Positions 43,545-49,737 of a stretch of DNA of 64,000 bases are shown here, in pieces. Origin of the DNA: a virus (lineage: Duplodnaviria > Caudoviricetes); IMG/VR virus record IMGVR_UViG_3300028581_000010. The stretch is one strand, 5' to 3'. The translations under genes and the position numbers were made by a program. Under the pieces are notes generated by a model that was not told where the DNA came from, did no database searches, and was given only the letters and a program-made list of their open reading frames with translations. Numbering within the stretch: the first letter of the stretch is position 1; each line of letters opens with the position of its first letter.

Positions 43545-44142
43545 TCAGAATCTTTTTATCTGTGCGTTGACCACGCAGATAATTCAGGAAGGTTTGTAGC
43601 ATCATACCTGAGATGATGATGGGCAATGCATGCGAGATGTTCTCCTCTTTCTCCCATGCGAGCAGGCAGCCGCCTGTCTCCTTCGAGTCGTCGATGTACG
43701 GCTCCAGCTGGTTCTTAGGCAGTTCCGAGTTGAACAGCGCACCGGTACGTGACGTACAGCGGCCGTCGATCCAGAACGGAGCATCCTTGCCATGCTTCCA
43801 GCCATAGTTGTAGAGCATCTTGCGGAACTCCATGGAGTCCACACACGAGAACACAACATCATATTTCTTCAAGTCCTTCTCAGTCATGAATTTGGTGATA
43901 CCATTGACCACGAACTTCTCCTCGAGCACCTTCACCTTATGCTTGCCGACATCGTCGAGCGTAAAGCGCTGGTGCAGCAGGTTGGATGTATCCACAACGT
44001 CGTCGTCATAGATGTCAACCTCCATGCCGGAGTAGTCAAACTGCTTTCTGTTGTAGCCGTAGTCGAACAGGACCGCAAGCAAATTGCTTCCAATCCCTCC
44101 CGCTCCAGCAATGCCGATTTTCTTGATTTTCTTAATGTCCAT
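43537..44142 (-). CDS. E1/ThiF-family adenylyltransferase
   Basis: GAGGIGS, DDDVVDTSNLLHQ, GKHKV, SCVDS, WIDGR, candidate catalytic Cys in TGGCLL; no CxxC Zn pairs. Confidence 0.9.
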   Translation of the reverse strand: MDIKKIKKIGIAGAGGIGSNLLAVLFDYGYNRKQFDYSGMEVDIYDDDVVDTSNLLHQRFTLDDVGKHKVKVLEEKFVVNGITKFMTEKDLKKYDVVFSCVDSMEFRKMLYNYGWKHGKDAPFWIDGRCTSRTGALFNSELPKNQLEPYIDDSKETGGCLLAWEKEENISHALPIIISGMMLQTFLNYLRGQRTDKKILMV

Positions 44143-44581
44143 TTGATAGGAGAGCCTCCATGGAGCTCTTGGGTAGATAGTAAATGTACAGGTCCTCGTA
44201 GGCCTCACCCATCCACTCGGAAGCAGAATAGTATCCGCGCTCCGTAGCATAGATGTAGTTGTACTTGAACCCCATAAACAGTTTGTTTAGGTCCAGCGAG
44301 CTTGGAGACGGGCTGAACGACGGGTGAGTGTGAAAGCTGCCGTGCAACTTCCATCCTTCCTGCACACGCGGTACGATCAGCTCACCGAAGTCTCCCTCGT
44401 GGGCCTCATATAGCCCAAGCGCTGTGGTCGAACCTGTGTATATGTTACGCAACTTGACAAACTCGAAGTCTTCGTCGCGATGCAGGAGTAATCCGCCCTC
44501 TTCTTCCGAGGACTTGCTGCACAGAGCAGCTGCTCTGTATAATTCTTGGGCTAGGTTGTAACTGATTCTTTCTCTAAGCAT
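44132..44581 (-). CDS. JAB/MPN+ metallo-isopeptidase
   Basis: EEEGGLL (catalytic Glu); FHTHP...PSSLD JAMM motif. Confidence 0.85.
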   Translation of the reverse strand: MLRERISYNLAQELYRAAALCSKSSEEEGGLLLHRDEDFEFVKLRNIYTGSTTALGLYEAHEGDFGELIVPRVQEGWKLHGSFHTHPSFSPSPSSLDLNKLFMGFKYNYIYATERGYYSASEWMGEAYEDLYIYYLPKSSMEALLSNGH

Positions 44582-44643
44582 TATAGGTTTGGTTGTTGGT
44601 TATGCTGGGCCGCGGAGTCTCACCACGGCCCAGCCTGTCTCGT

Positions 44644-45021
44644 TTAGTACGCAGGGTATTCCTGCTTCTTGTGAACACCCATCTCTCCAAGGTGCTCATC
44701 GCCCAGTCCTTCCGGGTCAAACTCCTCGTCGTCGAATGCTGTGTCCCGTATTGGGTCGAACAGCAAGGCTTCGATGTCAGGATCGTCCATAATCTCCTTG
44801 TCAGCATTCTCGAGCTCCACAGCCACCGGCTGCAGTACGCTGGCATCTTCTTCTGCCGCGTAGATGCGATCCAACGCCTTCTCGAGGAACAACGCCAAGG
44901 CGTTCTCCACTTCGACTGGGTTGGTCTGCAGCCGCTCAAGCGCCTGTGTTATGGTTAGGGTTTCATCCAAGGCTGCTGTAAGCACCTCGGCCAATAGGTC
45001 GTCTTGTATTTCGATTTGCAT
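44644..45021 (-). CDS. Hypothetical highly acidic protein
   Basis: 125-aa ORF, coupled to the upstream gene; GC hairpin follows the stop. Confidence 0.65.
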   Translation of the reverse strand: MQIEIQDDLLAEVLTAALDETLTITQALERLQTNPVEVENALALFLEKALDRIYAAEEDASVLQPVAVELENADKEIMDDPDIEALLFDPIRDTAFDDEEFDPEGLGDEHLGEMGVHKKQEYPAY

Positions 45022-47213
45022 TATGCTGGAATTAGGTTGTCTTTAATCTTAGCGATGTCTTCGATAACTGCGTCATCCGGCAGGGCAGCGAGAGCTGCAA
45101 GGCCGTTGTCACGTTCAGGGTGATAGTCATCGTGGGCGTTCTCAGCACCTGGCTGAGCATGACCCTTGAGCGTACCGATCTTGTTCTGAACTGCAGAATC
45201 ATTCTTTAGGGCGAGTAGCCGAGAAGCGATGTCATCGTAGCCAGCACCTTTGTAGTGATAGTCATTGACGATACATCTGTATTGCTGAGTGTCATAGTCA
45301 TACACCTTAGCATTCTCAACCACAACTGCATACTTGCGCAGCTTGCCTTGGACGATATACGCGTCCTTGCCCTTGAACTTCTCCATCACGGCACCAGTCA
45401 TCTTGATCGCAGCGTTCAAGAACTCCTTCGAGCGCTCGATAGCCTTGCTCTTGTTCTCGATAACCAGACCAACCACTTTCTCAATGTCCTTGAGTGTGAT
45501 CTTTGCCTTAACGACTTTGTTGCCGTCCTCATCCTTGGTAGTCTCGGACGTGGTATCGATCAGTGCCTGAGCGGTCTCCTTCCTGGCCCACTCGAAGTCA
45601 CGACGTTTGTAATCGTAGCCCTGGCGGCCGTACTGATTGTTCGTGCGCTTGTTGACGCTGTTGACCTTGGCAATGAGCGAGCGCAGCGATACACGCAGGC
45701 TACGTTCCTTATCAACCTCCAGCATGATGTGATGCTTCTCCGCATCGAAGTAGAACTTGAGCGCAGGTGCATTCAGCCCTGGTATCTCGTCGTTGTACTC
45801 ATCGTTCGTGATGTTCTTGTGAATCTTCACCGGCAGCCCGTTAGCGATGACGTCATGCCACTTGATGGACATGCGACTGGTCGCCTTGAGGAACAGCTTG
45901 TAGTCCTCTGCACTGCGGTAGCAGGACGCACGATGGATAACCTGCCCAATCTCGTCCTTGTTGATGCGCGTTCCGTTAACCTTGCGCTGGTGATCCTTCG
46001 TAATGGAGGCCTCGATGTCGATGCCGTTGATCTTGATTGCCGGTAGCTTGTACTCCTTGGGAGCCTCTTCGCCGGCTTTCTTCGCGGTAAACGCGTCAGC
46101 AGGGAGTGCTCCGTTGGCGAGCTTCGCCGTCAGCTCTCCACCAACCAGGTCGACGATCGTGTAGATGTCGAACTCGCCGTTGAAGTTCAGCTTGTTGTAG
46201 AGCACGTCGATCAGGTTTGGATACTCGACCGATACGTTCTCATATGTAGCTGTATCTTGCTTGATGGTGATGTCGTTGATCTTGATCTGCTGGATCTCAC
46301 CTGCCTTGAGCTTACCCACGACCACGAGGTTGGAGCTTCTGCGGTAGTCGTTCTCCATCTTTACATGGGCAGCGGCATACGCCTCCTTAACCTTCTTGGT
46401 CAGCTTCTTTTCCATACGCAGGCGTAGAATATCTCCGTCGTGCGAGTTGATGAAGCACTTCTTAACAAGCAGCTTGGTCAGCGCAGGCTGCAGCAAGCAC
46501 ATCAGCATGATGTGGGCTGTGTTGATGTCGTAGTTGTTCGTGACAATATACGACGGCTTGCCTAGCCGTGTTGCCGATGGCGCCTTCATGAGGAAGAAGC
46601 CCTTGTCTAGGTAGTCGTACAGCGGCTCAGTCTCCTTCACCATCATACACAGCATCGGAGAGTCACCGGAGTAGCTCACCTCAGTCCTGTTTGTGTCGAA
46701 GTGCTGACCTGTCAGAATACGATATGTATTTCCCTTGGACAGATGCTCAATAGGCTCGTGCTGAATCAGCGTCGGCGTATAGGCGATGTCCAGCTCCTGT
46801 GGCACCAGCTTGATGCTCTTGTGCAGGGCCGGTAGATCTTTCCGAATGTGCGTCAGCGTGAGGTTCTTCTGCGGAGCAGGGTAGTTCGTATTGGTGTTCT
46901 CATAGAACCCGCGTACGCCATACTCCACACCTCCGCCACCAGCGCTCTTGCGAATCTTGTCAGGAAGCTCCCTGTCGGCGGTTGTGAGCTTTAAATTGTG
47001 CAGAAACAGCGGTGAGCCGCCTGCTGCGAAGTATGCATGCATCTTGTGCGCGTCGGCAAAAGAGGCAGCCTCGAGATACAACACGTGAGATAGCCCGCCC
47101 TGCACTGTGTTGTTGTACTTAAAGTCAAAAACTACAGCGCCGTCAGACAACGCCCCTGAGGACTTGCTGAACGAGCTGATTAGCTTTTTAAATTCTGGTA
47201 ATGTTAATTTCAT
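45021..47213 (-). CDS. Large (730 aa) hypothetical protein of the Ubl module
   Basis: C-terminal YIVQGKLRKY...QYRCIV...RLLALKND segment resembles a conserved domain found at the C-termini of DUF4132-type proteins (by recall). Confidence 0.75.
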   Translation of the reverse strand: MKLTLPEFKKLISSFSKSSGALSDGAVVFDFKYNNTVQGGLSHVLYLEAASFADAHKMHAYFAAGGSPLFLHNLKLTTADRELPDKIRKSAGGGGVEYGVRGFYENTNTNYPAPQKNLTLTHIRKDLPALHKSIKLVPQELDIAYTPTLIQHEPIEHLSKGNTYRILTGQHFDTNRTEVSYSGDSPMLCMMVKETEPLYDYLDKGFFLMKAPSATRLGKPSYIVTNNYDINTAHIMLMCLLQPALTKLLVKKCFINSHDGDILRLRMEKKLTKKVKEAYAAAHVKMENDYRRSSNLVVVGKLKAGEIQQIKINDITIKQDTATYENVSVEYPNLIDVLYNKLNFNGEFDIYTIVDLVGGELTAKLANGALPADAFTAKKAGEEAPKEYKLPAIKINGIDIEASITKDHQRKVNGTRINKDEIGQVIHRASCYRSAEDYKLFLKATSRMSIKWHDVIANGLPVKIHKNITNDEYNDEIPGLNAPALKFYFDAEKHHIMLEVDKERSLRVSLRSLIAKVNSVNKRTNNQYGRQGYDYKRRDFEWARKETAQALIDTTSETTKDEDGNKVVKAKITLKDIEKVVGLVIENKSKAIERSKEFLNAAIKMTGAVMEKFKGKDAYIVQGKLRKYAVVVENAKVYDYDTQQYRCIVNDYHYKGAGYDDIASRLLALKNDSAVQNKIGTLKGHAQPGAENAHDDYHPERDNGLAALAALPDDAVIEDIAKIKDNLIPA

Positions 47214-47245
47214 TGGTTAGGTTGGTCTCCATGCCTCGGCATGAT

Positions 47246-47279
47246 AAAACAAAAAGGGTGGGGAAGTTATCCCCACCCT
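47246..47279 (-). terminator. Intrinsic terminator after the Ubl gene
   Basis: AGGGTGGGGA-TAACT-TCCCCACCCT then TTTTGTTTT. Confidence 0.8.
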
Positions 47280-47370
47280 CTTGTTCAAAAACTCACCCCC
47301 GATTACGCATAGCTGCTTGATACAGCCAGAGGCGGGGGGTGACGTAGTCAGTGGCCCTTAGGGCCGTACA

Positions 47371-47667
47371 TTAGAGCTTGTACAGAGCTGTGTAGAAGTC
47401 GTACGCCTCCTGGGCAGTACCACCAACCAGCACACCAGTCAGAAGGATCATCGGATCATTCTCGGCAGCGAGCTTGTTGCGGAGCTTATTGACGTTTGCG
47501 TTGTCGCGCACGTCAGCGCCCTCGAACTCGAACTTCTCACCGTTGATGAAGACCCAGCGTTGGTTCTTCTCGGCGTTATCGCAGATTGTGTCGACGGCGG
47601 CGTCGAGTTCTAGATCTGCTACTGTGGTGTGACCAGTGCGGTCAGCGATGTCGATTTTGTATGTCAT
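47371..47667 (-). CDS. Ubiquitin-like (beta-grasp) protein with GG and a 15-aa C-terminal propeptide
   Basis: MTYKIDIADRTGHTTV...WVFINGE...MILLTGVLVGG|TAQEAYDFYTALYKL; upstream of JAB and E1. Confidence 0.7.
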   Translation of the reverse strand: MTYKIDIADRTGHTTVADLELDAAVDTICDNAEKNQRWVFINGEKFEFEGADVRDNANVNKLRNKLAAENDPMILLTGVLVGGTAQEAYDFYTALYKL

Positions 47668-47723
47668 ATTACTTTTCTCTTTGGTTTGGTTTGTCTTTAT
47701 ACTAACGCTTAAGTTCGTTGAAC

Positions 47724-48464
47724 TCAAGATTTAAATAGCACAATCGCGAGGTTGTGCAGGTCACTCAAAAGCCCAGCTTTTGCCACTAGATTCACGTATG
47801 CTTCCGTGCTATCTGTTTGGTGAAAGCCAAGGTTGAGCTTGTTAATGCTGTGCCCGGTTTTTGCAAGCTTCCGCGTTAGCAACCGGTCGAACTCTCTATA
47901 TAGAATGTAATAGGGTTCTCTGTAGGCCCACTTGTCCGTCTTCTCGATGTAGGCCTTAGTCATTGGGTGAGCTGCAAGCTGCTTCTTTGTGTAAGCAGTG
48001 CATATGCGTTTGATATCCGCCTTTAGTACAGCCTCTTGAACACGACTGAACCGCTCGCCAGGATATTTTGTGGCCCTGACAACCACCTTTTTCTTCTTAG
48101 CCTTTCGCGCTACTTTCTTGGGGCGTTTCTTCAACTTTCCCTTTGCAGCTACGATGTGCGGCAGCTTGGCCCAGGCAGGAAGCCGCTCTCTAACTCCGGC
48201 TACCGTCTTCTTCTCCGCGGCGTGAATCTTCGGGTAGGTCTTCAGCTGCCGTGTGTTCAGGTGCAACGGGCTTGCGATGACCACATTTCTAACTACGTTT
48301 GGCCTACGCAGCGCGCCGTTCTTGCTCTTGTCATACAGGTTGTTAGTGGATAGCACCCCTTTCACCGCCTTTGTTACGGACGGGTTGGTGTAATCGGCCC
48401 TAAGGTCGCTGATGACATAGCACCTAACTCCATTCATAAGATAGTAAGGTTTTGTCTTTATCAT
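47724..48464 (-). CDS. Hypothetical basic protein
   Basis: 246-aa Lys/Arg-rich ORF. Confidence 0.65.
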   Translation of the reverse strand: MIKTKPYYLMNGVRCYVISDLRADYTNPSVTKAVKGVLSTNNLYDKSKNGALRRPNVVRNVVIASPLHLNTRQLKTYPKIHAAEKKTVAGVRERLPAWAKLPHIVAAKGKLKKRPKKVARKAKKKKVVVRATKYPGERFSRVQEAVLKADIKRICTAYTKKQLAAHPMTKAYIEKTDKWAYREPYYILYREFDRLLTRKLAKTGHSINKLNLGFHQTDSTEAYVNLVAKAGLLSDLHNLAIVLFKS

Positions 48465-49196
48465 TTATTTGTGGATAGGGAATCTTATATGCCGTATGGA
48501 CCCATCTTTCAGAGTTCTGTCTACGCAGGCACGGCATCTCAAACACGCACCACTATCCTTTGTGTTCTTCATCTTGCCTGTAATTTCCGGACAGACCAAC
48601 ACAGGCCTGTCGTTGAGTTGGGCAGGAAACTCGTCGCCCATGAACGCCACAGATATGTTCTTACAATCCTTATACTTCTCGTTATACTCAGCCAGCACCT
48701 CAGCTTGATTCACAGGGTCGCAGCTCAGCAGTATTGTAAGGTGCTCGCAGTCCTTCAGGGCATGGACAGCAAAAAGACTTCTGGTATACAGCCAAAACCG
48801 TATATCAGAATTCTTTTTGATGACCCTGCTCCAGGCGTGCGCATATGCGTCGTTGAATAGGTCTCCAGATGTGTGCAGCCTGAAATATGGTGAGCGGTCG
48901 CCGCCGTTTAAACGCCACTTTGTTACAGTGTTGTCCAGTATCTCAAACAGCTCCTCTGCCGTTTTATCTTGCAGTAGTGCAGTATTCTCGTCTTCAACCG
49001 CAGCGTAGCCCTTGTAGCGCTTTCGTAGAGAGGCTGCGTAGCATACCTTGAGGCAGCCACCTTTACCTTCTGTAGCACATGGACAGCTTCCTCCATCTTC
49101 TGGCTTGCCAGAACGTAAGCTGAACGTATTGAAGTGTCCGTCGTAACTTCTTACTTTTGAATTATTTGTTAATTTTAATGACTTGTATTTTTCCAT
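48465..49196 (-). CDS. Gp88-like (radical-SAM-related) protein
   Basis: FSL...SCP...GCLKVCYA, YFRLHTSGD, FWLYTRS. Confidence 0.75.
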   Translation of the reverse strand: MEKYKSLKLTNNSKVRSYDGHFNTFSLRSGKPEDGGSCPCATEGKGGCLKVCYAASLRKRYKGYAAVEDENTALLQDKTAEELFEILDNTVTKWRLNGGDRSPYFRLHTSGDLFNDAYAHAWSRVIKKNSDIRFWLYTRSLFAVHALKDCEHLTILLSCDPVNQAEVLAEYNEKYKDCKNISVAFMGDEFPAQLNDRPVLVCPEITGKMKNTKDSGACLRCRACVDRTLKDGSIRHIRFPIHK

Positions 49197-49296
49197 AAGC
49201 TATTTTAATAAGCCCATTTTTATTGTGTTTAAATCAATATCGTGTACAATGTTTATATGGTCTCTATTTATAGTTTAAAGCACCCATGGCGGGGAA

Positions 49297-49737
49297 ATGA
49301 TAGACCCCCTCTTTGCTAGGCTTGGAGGCTATAATGCGCGAGGCATAAAGCCCACCACGCGACAATTTACATCTAAGTTTGTTGGAGTGCGCTGGCACAC
49401 ACAAAGAAAAAAGTGGCAAGCATATATTAGCTTAGGGAAGAAGCAGCTGCACCTCGGTATGTACGCCACAGAGGATGAAGCCGCCCGCGCATATGATAAA
49501 GCTACATTGCTTTTTGTGAAAACCGGCGTCATTAACCTTAACTTCAGTAAAAAGGACTATGCCGCGCTTGATCTAGCGGCATGGTACGCCTCCATTCAGC
49601 GTACATATACCTCCAAGCATAAACACGTTAGTTTCTGCCACACTCATAAGCGCTGGCTTGTAAAATACCCTCCAACGAAGGTGCGCCGCTTCAAAACGGA
49701 GGCTGAGGCAGTTAGCTATGCCTCTACCCTAGCTTAA
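49297..49737 (+). CDS. AP2-domain protein, probably a decayed homing endonuclease
   Basis: SKFVGVRWHTQRKKWQAYI...HLGMYATEDEAARAYDKA; no intact nuclease domain; opposite strand to its neighbours. Confidence 0.75.
   Translation: MIDPLFARLGGYNARGIKPTTRQFTSKFVGVRWHTQRKKWQAYISLGKKQLHLGMYATEDEAARAYDKATLLFVKTGVINLNFSKKDYAALDLAAWYASIQRTYTSKHKHVSFCHTHKRWLVKYPPTKVRRFKTEAEAVSYASTLA

Noticed and set aside
45021-47213. E2 (UBC) domain in the 730-aa protein
   Set aside because: No HPN/HPH...C pattern is recognisable by eye; left open for a structure search.
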